NCBI RefSeq assembly: GCF_004010195.1
Contig: NC_057711.1
Span: 81,262,714 to 81,326,713, forward strand
Source: Chiloscyllium plagiosum
Taxonomy: Eukaryota
Length of the DNA stretch: 64,000 nt
Reading direction: 5' to 3'
Part shown: positions 40,416-53,447 of the stretch, piece by piece
How the letters are laid out: the number at the start of each line of letters is the position of its first letter
How positions within the stretch are numbered: the stretch's first letter is position 1
Notes under the pieces: generated by a model
The model's input: the letters and a program-made list of their open reading frames with translations, nothing else
Told to the model about the DNA's origin: nothing
Database searches by the model: none
Position numbers and translations under genes: made by a program

Positions 40416-41323
40416 TCTGTTCCTCCTGCAGGATGTTTGAGGTAGGGGTGACCACCGATACTCCTGCCGACTTCATCTGCAGGAAATGCAGTCAGATCCT
40501 GCTCCTCACAGAACGGGTTAGGGAACTGGAACTGGAGTTGGATGAACTGAGGATTATTCGAGAGGCTGAGAGGGTGATAGATAGAAGCTACATGGACATA
40601 GTTACACCAGAGAACAGAGGTAGCTGGGTAACAGTCAGAGGTGGGAAGGGGAGGAAGCAGGCAGTGCAGGGATCCCCTGTAGTCATTCCCCGAAACAATA
40701 CGTATACCGCTTTGGATACTGGTCGGGGGGACAGCCTAGCAGGGGTAAGCTGCAGTGACCGGGTCCGTGGCGTGAGGTCTGGCTCTGAGACTCAGAAGGG
40801 AAAGGGGGAGAGGAGGAGAGCGCTAGTTATAGGAGACTCTCTATAGAGGGACGGACAGGCGATTCTGTGGGCATGGGCGAGACTCTCGGATGGTTTGTTG
40901 CCTCCCGGGTGCCAGAGTCTGAAACGTCTCGGACCGTATCTTCAGAATCCTTAAGGGGGAGGGTGTGCAGCCAGAAGTCGTGGTGCACGTTGGCACCAAC
41001 GACATAGGTAGGAAGAGAGGTGGGGAGGTCATTCAAGAGCTCAGGGAGTTAGGCTGGAAGCTAAAAGCTAGGACAGACAGAGTCGTCATCTCTGGGTTGT
41101 TGCCGGTGCCACGTGACAGTGAGGCAAAGAATAGGGAGAGAGTGCAGTTGAACACGTGGCTGCAAGGATGGTGTAGGAGGGAGGGCTTCAGGTACTTGGA
41201 CAATTGGACTGCATTCTGGGGAAGGTGGGACCTATACAAACAGGACGGGTTGCACCTGAACCAGAAGGGCACCAATATCCTGGAGGGTAGGTTTGCTAGC
41301 ACTCTTCGGGAGGTTTAAACTAA
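40416..41323 (+). pseudogene. CR1 ORF1 (zinc finger, leucine zipper, SGNH esterase), disrupted
   Basis: CSSC..FICRKC, LTERVRELELELDEL, VIGDS, VHVGTND and DGLHLN motifs; a frameshift near 40843 and a further disruption before 40965. Confidence 0.9.
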
Positions 41324-42015
41324 TTTGGCAGGGGGATGGGATCCGGACTTGTAGTCCAGCAAGTAAGCTAGCTGTGTGTCAGGATGCCCAAGACTGTAGG
41401 GAGGCTGTGGAGAAGGTAGCACTGACAGGGACTACTTGCGGACACAGAGATGGGCTCAAGTGCGTATACTTCAACGCAAGGAGTATCAGAAATAAGGTCG
41501 GTGAACTTAAGGCGTGGATAGGTACCTGGGACTACGATGTTGTGGCCATCACAGAAACGTGGATAGAAGAGGGACAGGAATGGTTGTTGGAGGTTCCTGG
41601 TTACAGATGTTTCAGTAGGATTAGGGAGGGTGGTAAAAAAGGAGGGGGGTGTGGCGTTGCTAATTAGAAATGGTATAACGGCTGCAGAAAGGAAGTTTGA
41701 GGGGGATCTGCCTCTGGAGGTAGTATGGGCTGAAGTCAGAAATAGGAAAGGTGCAATCACCTTGTTGGGTGTTTACTATAGGCCCCCCAATAGCAGCAGA
41801 GATGTGGAGAAACAGATGGGGAAACAGATTTTGGAAAGGTGCAGAAGCCACAGGATAGTAGTCATGAGCGATTTCAACTTCCCAAATATTGATTGGAAGC
41901 TCTTTAGATCAAGTAGATTGGATGGGGCGGTGTTTGTGCAGTGTGTACAGGAAGCTTTTCTAACTCAATATATAGATTGCCCGACCAGAGGGGAGGCCAT
42001 ATTGGATCTGGTACT
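41314..42015 (+). pseudogene. CR1 ORF2 N-terminus (APE endonuclease), frameshift near 41650
   Basis: YFNARSIRNK, VAITETW, GGVALL, YYRPP, DFNFPNIDW and ILDLV motifs. Confidence 0.92.
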
Positions 42016-42848
42016 NNNNNNNNNNNNNNNNNNNNNNNNNNNNNNNNNNNNNNNNNNNNNNNNNNNNNNNNNNNNNNNNNNNNNNNNNNNNNNNNNNNNN
42101 NNNNNNNNNNNNNNNNNNNNNNNNNNNNNNNNNNNNNNNNNNNNNNNNNNNNNNNNNNNNNNNNNNNNNNNNNNNNNNNNNNNNNNNNNNNNNNNNNNNN
42201 NNNNNNNNNNNNNNNNNNNNNNNNNNNNNNNNNNNNNNNNNNNNNNNNNNNNNNNNNNNNNNNNNNNNNNNNNNNNNNNNNNNNNNNNNNNNNNNNNNNN
42301 NNNNNNNNNNNNNNNNNNNNNNNNNNNNNNNNNNNNNNNNNNNNNNNNNNNNNNNNNNNNNNNNNNNNNNNNNNNNNNNNNNNNNNNNNNNNNNNNNNNN
42401 NNNNNNNNNNNNNNNNNNNNNNNNNNNNNNNNNNNNNNNNNNNNNNNNNNNNNNNNNNNNNNNNNNNNNNNNNNNNNNNNNNNNNNNNNNNNNNNNNNNN
42501 NNNNNNNNNNNNNNNNNNNNNNNNNNNNNNNNNNNNNNNNNNNNNNNNNNNNNNNNNNNNNNNNNNNNNNNNNNNNNNNNNNNNNNNNNNNNNNNNNNNN
42601 NNNNNNNNNNNNNNNNNNNNNNNNNNNNNNNNNNNNNNNNNNNNNNNNNNNNNNNNNNNNNNNNNNNNNNNNNNNNNNNNNNNNNNNNNNNNNNNNNNNN
42701 NNNNNNNNNNNNNNNNNNNNNNNNNNNNNNNNNNNNNNNNNNNNNNNNNNNNNNNNNNNNNNNNNNNNNNNNNNNNNNNNNNNNNNNNNNNNNNNNNNNN
42801 NNNNNNNNNNNNNNNNNNNNNNNNNNNNNNNNNNNNNNNNNNNNNNNN

Positions 42849-42985
42849 CTGTGCACAAGCTACTACACCATTCCCTCACTGTGGGATCATGCTGTGCACA
42901 AACTACTACAGCATTCCCTCCCCATGTGGGAACGTGCTGTGCACAAAAAACGACAGCATTCCCTCACTGTGTGAGGGAATGCTTT
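42849..42985. repeat. ~44-bp tandem repeat at the gap edge
   Basis: GCTGTGCACAAACTACTACAGCATTCCCTCACTGTGGG, about three copies. Confidence 0.8.
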
Positions 42986-44105
42986 CTTATGCGGAAAGTC
43001 AGGATCTTATGCGGAAAGTCAGGAGGCATGGGATAGAGGGAAATTTGGCCAATTGGATAGAAAACTGGCTAACCGGTCGAAGGCAGAGAGTGGTGGTAGA
43101 TGGTAAATATTCAGCCTGGAGCCCAGTTACAAGTGGAGTTCCGCAGGGATCAGTTCTGGGTCCTCTGCTGTTTGTAATTTTTATTAATGACTTAGATGAG
43201 GGAGTCGAAGGGTGGGTCAGTAAATTTGCAGATGATACGAAGATAGGTGGAGTTGTGGACAGTGAGGAGGGCTGTTGTCGGCTGCAGAGGGACTTAGATA
43301 TGATGCAGAGCTGGGCTGAGGAGTGGCAGATGGAGTTCAACCCTGCCAAGTGTGAGGTTGTCCATTTTGGAAGAACAAATAAGAATGCGGAATACAGGGT
43401 TAATGGTAGGGTTCTTAGTCAGGTGGTGGAACAGAGGGATCTTGGGGTCTATGTACATAGATCTTTGAAGGTTGCCACTCAGGTGGATAGAGTTTGTAAG
43501 AAGGCCTATGGAGTATTATCGTTCATTAGCAGAGGGATTGAATTCAAGAGTCGTGAAGTGATGTTGCAGCTGTACAGGACTTTGGTTAGGCCACAGTTGG
43601 AGTACTGTGTGCAGTTCTGGTCGCCTCACTTTAGGAAAGATGTGGGAGCTTTGGAGAGGTTGCAGAGAAGATTTACCAGGATGTTGCCTGGAATGGAGAG
43701 GAAGTCGTACGAGGATAGGTTGAGAGTTCTCGGCCTTTTCTCGTTGGAACGGCGAAGGATGAGGGGTGACTTGATGGAGGTTTATAAGATGATCAGAGGA
43801 ATAGGTAGAGTAGACAGTCAGAAACTTTTTCCCCGGGCACAACCGAGTGTTACAAGGGGACATAAATTTAAGGTGAAGGGTGGAAGGTATAGGGGTGATG
43901 TCAGGGGTGGTTTCTTTACCCAGAGAGTGGTGGGGGCATGGAATGCGCTGCCTGTGGGAGTGGTAGAGTCAGAATCTTTGGTGACCTTTAATCGGCAATT
44001 GGATAGGTACATGGATGGGTGCTTAAGCTAGGACAAATGTTCGGCACAACATCGTGAGCCGAAGGGCCTGTTCTGTGCTGTATTGTTCTATGTTCTATGT
44101 TCTAT
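42986..44105 (+). mobile_element. CR1 ORF2 RT and 3' end, open frame (young)
   Basis: SGVPQGSVLGPLLF, SKFADDTK, stop at 44031, (TTCTATG)n tail. Confidence 0.95.
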
Positions 44106-47100
44106 CTGAACTCCTATGAAAAATATTCTTTCAGACTGGCAGTTGTAGGGACATTTGGTGGCTTACTGGGCTCTGATTAATGTAAACTAACGACTGTTTT
44201 AAGTTATTTATACTTGTAACCCTTTCTCCTTTTGTTCACTTCCTTTGTGTGCATCCCTGCTTGTGTGTGTGTATGTGTGTGTTTTTTGCAAACATTTATT
44301 GTGAATGCTTGAATAAACCATTCTGTTGTTTTAAGCCTGAAGAGAGTTTGCTGTGGGTCATTTAAAAATTGGACAAATACAATGTTAGATATAATGGAAG
44401 AACCATTATCATCCATTTTGAAAGGAAAAATAAATTAAAGTAAGAAAAATAAGTCACCTCAGTTACAGGCTGAAAAAGATAACCACAAAGTAATTCATTT
44501 TACCTGTGTGCAATAGAAGATATCAATGAAAAGAGTTTTGACTGTAAACCAGACAATGGCCAGATGTTAAGATGTTTTTGTTGCACTATGGTGCATTCAT
44601 GAAATCAAGGGGATCATGGATAACATGTTTCAGGATGTGGTCACCAGTAATTTAAGGAAGTTCAGGAAGAGTGAGAATTGATGACTGCCAATTAGAAGAA
44701 TGAGACCAGGCAAGTATTGAGGGAATCCTCCGAATATATCTTGCTTAATTGGCCTTGCAAATAGGTACCAGTGATGCTTCATCTGTAGAGACCAGCCAGA
44801 GCTGAAACCACAGCACATTGTGTGGTCCAACTGCTCAAAGTGCAGCGTGGAAGAAGTGTGCAAGGGCAGTAGTGGTAGGGGATTTCATTAGTGAGGGGAG
44901 TAGACAGGCAATTTTTCAACCACAGATATGATGGTGTTGCCTTCCATGTGCCAGGGTCAAGGATTTCAGCTGCAAGGCATTCTGAAAGGGGAGGGTGAAG
45001 AGCCAGAGGTCATGGTTCGTGTTGGGACCAATAACTTGGGAAGAAAGGGAAATAAGATCTAGCAAGCAGGCTTTGAGAGTCAGATAGGAAAATTGAAAAG
45101 CTGGGTTTCAAAGGTAATAATCTCTGGATTACTCCAATTGCTGCATAGTAGTGGATAGAGAATAGAGGGGTGGCTGCAGAGATGGTGCAAAAGGGAATAT
45201 TTTAGATTCCTGTGGCATTGGAACCATTTCTGAAGAGGTAGGATCTGTACAAATTGACAGATTACATTAAAATTGGAAGGGATGGTACCTTTGCAGGGAA
45301 GTTTGCTAATACTAATGGGATGGACTTCAACTAGTTTGGCAGGAGAATGGGATCCTGACAAGTAGTTCAGAGAGGAGAGAGGCTGAGATGGAATTAAAAG
45401 TGGAAAACAAGTAAATGTGTCCGGAAGGCAGAGAAAACAGAGGTTAGATAATAAACATATAAGTTTAGCAAGGCTAAATGGAGTGTATTTTAAAGCAAGA
45501 AATCTGAGGTATAAGATACTCAAGCTGAAGATGCAGATAGGGAGACATATGGGAGTATGATGTCATAACTATAACCAAGGCTTGACTGAAAAATAGGCAG
45601 GGTTTGCACCTCAACACTCTTTCTGTGGATTTTTTTTTTAACTACAGAAGGTTGTATAGGTTGAGTCATTAAGGTTGATTCAAGGCTGAGATAGACAGAT
45701 TTTTAATCAGAGAGGGAATACAGGTTGCTGGGGAAAGGCAAGAAAATGGACTTGAAGATGATCAGACCTGTTATGATATCATCGAAGGGCTGAGCAGCCT
45801 TGATGGACTGAATGGCCTGCTTCTGCTCCTATGTATTATGGTCTGATTATGTTCTTCATAAAAATGCAGTAACTCGAAGGATTTTTAACCATTCAAAAAT
45901 TAACTGCAATAGTTCTAGTGTGCAAGATAAGAAGGGAACAAATTCTTAAATTATATCCAGGTTACCGTTTTAAGACAATATGTGGACAGCCCAACTAGAA
46001 AAGGGGCAGTCCTGGACCTAACGGTCAGAAATGAGCAGGTCAGATGGAAGGTACATTAGGCAGGTAGTATTTTGGAGACAGTGACCATAATATAATTAGA
46101 TCTAAGACAATAATGGAAAAGGATAAGGATGGACTGGAAATAAAAGTTACAAACTGGGGAAAGATTCATTTTAATAAAATAAGGTGTGATTTAGTTTCAG
46201 TGGGCTGTAAGCAGCTACTTGCAGATGAAAGTGTGCCAGCATAGTGGGAGGTATTCAAGGCAAAAATAGCCAAGAACACAAGGCAAATATGTTCTTCTAA
46301 AGGCAAAGAGTTGAATCAAGACCAGAAAATCCTGTATGTCAAGCAACATGAAGGTTAAGATTAAGAGGGAAAAAAGCTTATGCTAGATATCAAAGGCTAA
46401 ATATGGCAAAGTACCGACCGGAGCATGAAATGTATTGAGGGGGATCTTAAGAAAGAAATTAAGAAAGCAAAGATAATGCAGGAGAAAGTAATATATAAAT
46501 TGTATTTATTTATACAATAAAGATATATAAAGAGGGATAACTAGGGAAAGAATAGAATCCATTAGGAACCAACGAAGTAATTTATGTTTTGGAAGACAAT
46601 GGAAACACCCTCAACAAATATTTGCATCAATATAGACATCAGGGTGGAAGCCTGAAATATTAAATAAAACTAACATAGGGAAAGAGAGAAAAAAAAGAGA
46701 GAAAACAAATATTAGTGGGTTTAACAGCAATAAAAAGGATAAATCTGAAGGCTCAGATGAATTGCATCTATGGCTGTTGAGGCACACAAGGGAGGAAATA
46801 TCAAGGGCCTAGCAGTAATTTTCAAATCCTCAGGTGAGATTCTGGAGGACTGGAAAACTGCGAACATTGTCCAATTATTAGAAAAGGAGGAAGGGATAGG
46901 CCAGGAAATTATAGGCCAATCAGTTGGAGCTCAGTGGTGGGTATGTCATTAGAAATAGTTCTGAGAGACAGAACATAATTGCACTTGGAGAGACATGGAT
47001 TAACCAGGGATAATCAGTCTGGGGATTTGTTAAGGGAAGATATTGTTTGACAAGTTTGATCAAATCTTTTGACTAGGAGTTTTGATGAATGTAACACATT

Positions 47101-47139
47101 TGATGAGGTCTGCATGGACTTTAGCAAACGTTTGGATAG

Positions 47140-47445
47140 ATTAGATTACATTACAGTGTGGAAACAGGCCCTTCGGCCCAACAAGTCCATACCGACCTGC
47201 CAAAGCGCAACCCACCCATACCCCTACATTTACTCCTTACCTAACACTACGGGCAATTTAGCATGGCCAATTCACCTGACCTGCACATCTTTGGACTGTG
47301 GGAGGAAACCGGAGCACCCAGAGGAAACCCATGCAGACATGGGGAGAACGTGCAAACTCCACACAGTCAGTCGCCTGAGGCGGGAATTGAACCCGGGTCT
47401 CAGGCGCTGTGAGGCAGCAGTGCTAACCATTGTGCCACCGTGCCG
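47140..47445 (-). mobile_element. HE1-type SINE with TSD TGGATAG
   Basis: TSD at 47133-47139 and 47446-47452. Confidence 0.94.
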
Positions 47446-47859
47446 TGGATAGGGCGCCTCATGGCAATTCGTCAACAAAGTAAGAGCTCTGGGATCCAAG
47501 GCAAAGTGATACATTGGAACCAAAACTGACTGAGAGACAACAAGCAGAGGCAATGTTAGAGAGATGTTTTTATGACTAGAAATCTGCTTCCAGGTGGGTT
47601 CCACAGAGTTTGATGCTGGGACCTTTGCTGTTTGTGATGTACTTAAATGGTTTGACTTAAATGTAAGGGTTACAATTAAGAATTTTGCGGGTGAAAGGAA
47701 AATTGGTATGGTGTTAAATATTGAGGTGAATAGCTAAAACTGCAGGAGAGTACCGATAGATGGTTCAGGTGGGCAGGGCGGTGGCAAATGGAATTCACCC
47801 CAGAAAAGTGTGATGCAATGCACTTGGAGAGAGTAACAAGGCAAGGGTTTACACTATCT

Positions 47860-48715
47860 TGATCTTGCTCAGATAGGCCAATAGGCTGAGAAGTGGCAGG
47901 TGGAGTTTAATTTAGATAAATGTGAAGTGTGCACTTTGGGAAAGGAAATCTTAGCAGGACTTATACACTTAATGGTAAGGTCCTAAGGAGTGTTGCTGAA
48001 CAAAGATAACTTGGAGTGCAGGTTCATAGCTACTTGAAAGTAGAGGCGAAGGTAGATAGGATAGTGAAGAAGGCGTTTAGTATGCTTACCTTTATTGGTC
48101 AGAGTATTCAGTACAGGTGCTGGGAGGTCATATTGCGGCTGTAAGGACATTGGTTGGGCCACTGTTGGAATATTGCGTGCAATTCTGGTCTCCTTCCTGT
48201 CGGAAAAATGTTGTGAAACTTGAAAGCATTCAAGAAAGATTTACAAGGATGTTGCCAGTGTTGGATGATTTGAACTATAGGGAGAGGTAGAATAGGCTGG
48301 GGCTGTTTTCCCTGGAGCATCAGAGGCTAAGGGGTGAACTTATAGAGATTTATAAAATCATGAGGGGCATGGATAGATAAATAGACAAAGTTTTTTCGCT
48401 GGTGTGGGGGAGTCCAGAACTAGAGGGCATAGGTTTAGGGTGAGAGGGGAAAGATATAAAAGAGACCTAAGGGGCAACTTTTTCACGCAGCTGGTGGTAC
48501 GTGTATGGAATGAGCTGCCAGAGGAAGTGGTAGAGGCTGGTACAATTGCAACATTTAAGAGGCATTTGAATGGGTATATGAATAGCAAGGGTTTGGAGGG
48601 ATATGGGCCGGGTGCTGGCAGATGGGACTAGATTGGGTTGGGATATCTGGTTGGCATGGACGAGTTGGACTGAAAGGTCTGTTTCCATGCTGTACATCTC
48701 TTTGACTCTATGACT
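47860..48715 (+). mobile_element. CR1/HER1 3' fragment nested in the older CR1
   Basis: RGHRFRVRGERYKRDLRGNFFTQ peptide and GACTCTATGA tail. Confidence 0.9.
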
Positions 48716-50049
48716 ATCAATGTTAGGCTTCTGGAAAGCACTGAAAATCAGGTGGACCTTGGTGTGCATCGCCACAGCTCCCTGACAGTAGCAGGGGAAA
48801 TAGATGAGGTCATGAGGAAGGCAGAGACAATATTAGCTTTATTTGTCAAGGCATATTCTGGAACTGTATGAAATGCTGCTTAGACCACAACTAGAGTACA
48901 GCATGCAGTTCTGGTCAACATATTATTTGAAGGATGTAATTGCACTGGAGGGGATGTAGAGGAGATTTGCAAGGATACTGCCTGAGGTGGAGTGTCTGAG
49001 ATATGAGAAAAGATTGGTTGGGTTTGGTTCCCTCAGAACAGGGAAGGTTGAGAGCAGATCTGACGTGGATAAGATTATGAAAGACAGTGTAGATAGGAAG
49101 GCATGTTTTTAGAGAGATCAATAACAAGGGAACACAGATTTAAGGTAAGAGGGAGAGAGCAAAGAGGTGAGTTAAGGAGATATTTTTCACTCAGAGGGTA
49201 GTGGAAGTCGGGAACTCACTGCTTGACAGGGTATTTAGGTCAGAAATTCTCATAACATGGAAGCAGCATTTAGATATTCTCTTATATTGTTGTCGCCTCC
49301 AGGGCTATATCCCAAAAACTGGAAAATGGGATCATTATAGTCAGATCTTTGTTGACCGGTGTGGAAAAAAATGGGCTGAATGGCCTGTTTCCATCCTGTA
49401 AACATCTATGAGTCTGTGAAATAAGTTGTTAAAGGTCAATTGAAACATTCATATGTTGCAAGATTTGTAAATTAGAAAAGTCAAATCCATTTTACTGGAG
49501 ACACATCTGTCAAAATGATCCATTTTATTTGCTTGTTTGCAATTTTGAAATCAAGACTACCCCGAAATCTCCCCAACAATTCCACTCCCAACCATTCATC
49601 TTTCTTCCAATGCCCTTTGACTCCTCTATTCCCTGCATATCCTTGACCCACTACCCTCCAAAAGCAAACTACCAACCTAAACCCAACTCACCCCTAATCA
49701 CCCAACCATCCCTCCCACCCTCACCACCAGTTCCAACCACATTAGCCCTAATCCTAACCCTAACCCAAACACATGTCAAACCACCCTCAACCAGATCTGA
49801 TTGCTCTCACAATCCAAATACTCACTCAGTCCAACTGACCAGCCCCTGACCAGACTACCCTTTCTGATCTGACCCAACTACCCCACAAACGCACTCAACA
49901 AGGCTGAATTAGACAGATTTTAATCAGTGAAAAAGTCAGGGTAATGGTGAAAAGGAGGGAAGTGGAGTTGAGGATTATCAGATCAGCAAGAATCTCATTG
50001 AATGGCAGAGCAAACTCGATGGGCTGACTGGCCTACTTCTGTTCCATGC

Positions 50050-50900
50050 TCTTTCTACCAAAATAGATGACCTCACATTTCTCTGCATTGGACTCTATCT
50101 GCCATCTATATGCCCAAATCACTGCAACTTGTCAATGTCCTTTTGATGTTCTACACTGTCCTCCACACAGTTTACAATGCTTCCAAGTTTTACATCATTT
50201 GCAAACTTTGAAATTGGCCCAGCACTCCAAGGTCTTGATCATTAATATAAATCAGGAAAAGCTTCACCAAGTTTTCTGTCTCTCTGAAATATTGTTTACC
50301 TTGGAATACTTATTTCTTATTCTCGCAACTATGCTGTTGTAATGAAGATTCGATCTAAATGACTACCCTCCATTTGTGCCATTACTTCATCCAGTTTGTT
50401 ACAGACACTCCATGCATTCAAATAAAGAGTCTTTAAACTTACTTTTTTACCTCTATTTATTATGATATCTATACTCACCAATGAACGATTTTCACTGAAC
50501 TCTTTTGTCCCTTCCTGTCCTGCTCTAGCTATGTTTACCCACAATGCTACACTGTTCAAATGCTTCTACATTTCTTTTGGATTCTAAATCTCACTTCATC
50601 TGAACTGTGCCCCCAACTATTTTTAATTTAAAGCCCTGTCCACAACCTTGATTGTACAATTGGCAAGGACACTAGTCCCAATATGGTTCAAGTGAAGTCC
50701 ATCTTAATGAAAAAAATCACTTTTCCTTGAGTACAGATGCCAGTGTCCCATGAACTAAAATCCCTTCTTCCCACATGCTCTTTGAGCCAGGCATTTAATA
50801 CTCTAATCTGTTTGACCCTATGATAATTGCCACATGGGCTCAGGTAACAAGTGAGAGAAGTTCTGTATTTTAATTTACTTCCTAAACTGAACCCACATGT
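50050..50900 (-). mobile_element. Old CR1 fragments including the ORF1/ORF2 junction
   Basis: LKTLYLNAWSVCNKLDE (EN start) and GTSVLANCTIKVVDRALN* (ORF1 end). Confidence 0.75.
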
Positions 50901-51789
50901 TTGTCATTGATCACGCCTGTACCTGGGAAAATCCAGTGATGGCACTGAATCCTCTAGCACTCAGTGTCTCACTGACCAGGTCGGTTTAGCAGTGCTTACA
51001 GATGCCTGCCCTCTTGAAAATGGTGTGTTCAAGCTGCACCTTTCTGCATCAAAGTTTAATCAGAAGATCCCAAACATTTCTCCAGTAGATCCTGGAAACA
51101 GTCAGAGGTTTAGAAGTAAAGATTATTAATGAAATTGAACGTCCAGTTTGATCTCTCGACAGAGCTGCAGTCTTCGGACACATGGAAAATATTCATCCTC
51201 AGTAAGATGCAGGTTTCTCCATCTAGAACAATCTCCAATGTTCCCTTTCCAAGGCTGACCCGCTTGCTGATCTTGTCATTCCTAATGAGGTGTCTGCTCC
51301 TCCCTCGCACTGAAGATCTACTCACCCTTCTCAATGAAAACCCTGAAGCTTCCAAGGTGTGGTCCTTGGGTGGTGGTCTCAGTCTCTGTTCAAACTCTGC
51401 TTCCCAGATGGCCCATCCACTCCTTCAAACCTTTCTCTGAATCATTCATTTGGAGAAACTACCACTTCCCATGTGACCCTGGTAGTATCCCTTCCCCAGG
51501 GCTGTTACCTTCTTTGTCATCATAAAGCAATATCCTCTGTGCACCATCTGACCCACACGCATGCTGGCTTTCTCATTGGCTGGCTGAGATATCTCGCACT
51601 GAGCCCTGCTTCCTTGATGCCTCCTTTTATCAGGTGAGGCTGTGCAGTCCCAATTGAAAATGTGCTGCAGAATCCATCTAATTGGCCTTTAAAGTACTTT
51701 AGTTGAAGTCCTATTGCATCAATGTACAAAAGTCAGCTCTCCATGGTTTTTGGTAAAATCCTTAAGCGATTTAATCATTGGACTGCCAC

Positions 51790-52650
51790 TGAATGTGGTT
51801 GACTCTTATTTTAAACACCACTGACTCTAAACTCCTAACTCAACCACTTACCTCCCAGCATCTCTAAATCCACCAGCATCACAGTCTTCAGCTTTTCCAG
51901 TTCACCTCATGTGATATCAAGAAAATTCTGATGGGATTGGATACTGCAAAAGCTAAGGGCCCTGAAAATATCCCCGCAATTGTACTGTAGACTAATGTTC
52001 TAGAACCTGCTATGCCCAGCCAAGCTGTTCCCATACAACACTGGTTTTTAGTTGGCAAAGTGAAAATTGCCCAAGAATGCCCTGTATGCAAATAGCAGGA
52101 GAAATCCAGACCAGCTAATAGTTTTGAATCAATCTGCTCCTGACTATCAGTAAAATAATGGAAGGGATTGTTAATAGTAATTTCAAGCAGTACCTGCCCA
52201 TCTGACACTCAGTTTGCTCCCAATGACCCTTAACATCATCCAGGACAAAGCAGTGCATTTGATTTGCACTACATCCTGAAATATCCATTCCCTTCACCAT
52301 TGAAACAAAGTAGCAACAGTATGTCCATCTACAAGATGCACTACAGAAATTCACCAAGGCTCTTTCAACATATCTTCCAAACCCACAGGCACTATCATCT
52401 GGAAGGACAAGGCAGCAGACCTATGTGCACAGAACCATCTGCAAGTTCCTTTCCAAGTCACTCACTGTCCTGGCTTGGAAAGATATCACTGAGGCAAAAT
52501 CTTGGAACTTTCTCCCTCACAGCCTTGCAGGGTACCTAAACCAAATGGACTGCAGCAATGCAAACATACAGTTCACACTACCTTGTCAAGGGCATTTCAG
52601 AATGGGTAATACATGCTGGCCTAGCCAATGAAGTCCACATGCCCTCAAAG
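51790..52650 (+). mobile_element. CR1/L2-group LINE fragment (same family as 15780)
   Basis: GATACTGCAAAAGCTAAGGGCCCTGA and shared 3' tail; a further piece lies at ~60380-60820. Confidence 0.65.
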
Positions 52651-53323
52651 TAACATTCTAGCTTATCTGAAAGTGCCAGTGCGTAAGAAGTTAAAATATC
52701 ACAAGATGCTGGTGTGTGAAGAAGCCACATGGAACTCATAGCTTCAACCCTAACTTGGATGTATTTGTTAGAGCACCTTCCCACCCCTGAGTTAGACAGA
52801 TATGATAAGAGAGTTAAGGGTTGTCGGGGGCAGGAAAGTGGCATTCACCTCACAATCAGATCAGCCATGCTCTTATTGAATGGTAGGTCAGGGTTGATGA
52901 ACTGAATGGTCAACTCCTGCTCCTATGCTCTATGACTTTGTATTGATCTAGCTTCTACTTAGGAATACTTCGGGAACATTGTTATCCCTTGACCACAATG
53001 TTTCAAGACCCACAAAAAAACAGGGAATACATTATGACCTTGTCACCAACATCTATTTTCCAAGAATAACAAAAATCATCAGCAGGTATTAAATGGTTTG
53101 GGAAGAGTTTTTGCACCTAAGAAGAAAGTGCTTCCAACCTGTGTGAGATCATTTCGCTTGGCAACAGTACTTTGCAGTGTACCTTGGAGAGTGTGGCCGC
53201 CTCAGAAATCTGCAGTTAGGCCCTGACAAATAGAGAAAATATTGCTAACCTTTGTAGCTTAGTGTTCCATATTGCAGAGGCAGGTCTGACCTTTAAATGT
53301 TTAGTGCACCAAATAGAGAAGGG

Positions 53324-53447
53324 CTGAAGAAGGGCTTATGCCCGAAACGTCGATTCTCCTGCTCCTTTGATGCTGCCTGACCTGCTGCGCTTTTCCAGCA
53401 ACACATTTTTCAGCTCTGATCTCACATCTGCAGTCCTCACTTTCTCC
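53324..53447 (+). mobile_element. Short PLE insert with intact hammerhead core
   Basis: CTGAAGA AGGGC-TTAT-GCCC GAAAC GTC GATT; imperfect TSD CAAATAGAGA / CAAATACAGA. Confidence 0.85.

Larger units (their letters stand above)
44790..49420 (+). mobile_element. Old, nearly full-length CR1 (ORF1 esterase, ORF2) with nested insertions
   Basis: GGGGATTTCATTAGTGAGGGGAGTAGACAGG and GTTGGGACCAATAAC (ORF1), EDWKTANIV (ORF2), tail at ~49400. Confidence 0.8.

Noticed and set aside
41630..44031. Long ORFs of 298-696 aa, and those at 974-1557
   Set aside because: Their length comes from translating N gaps; only the flanking TE-derived parts are real.
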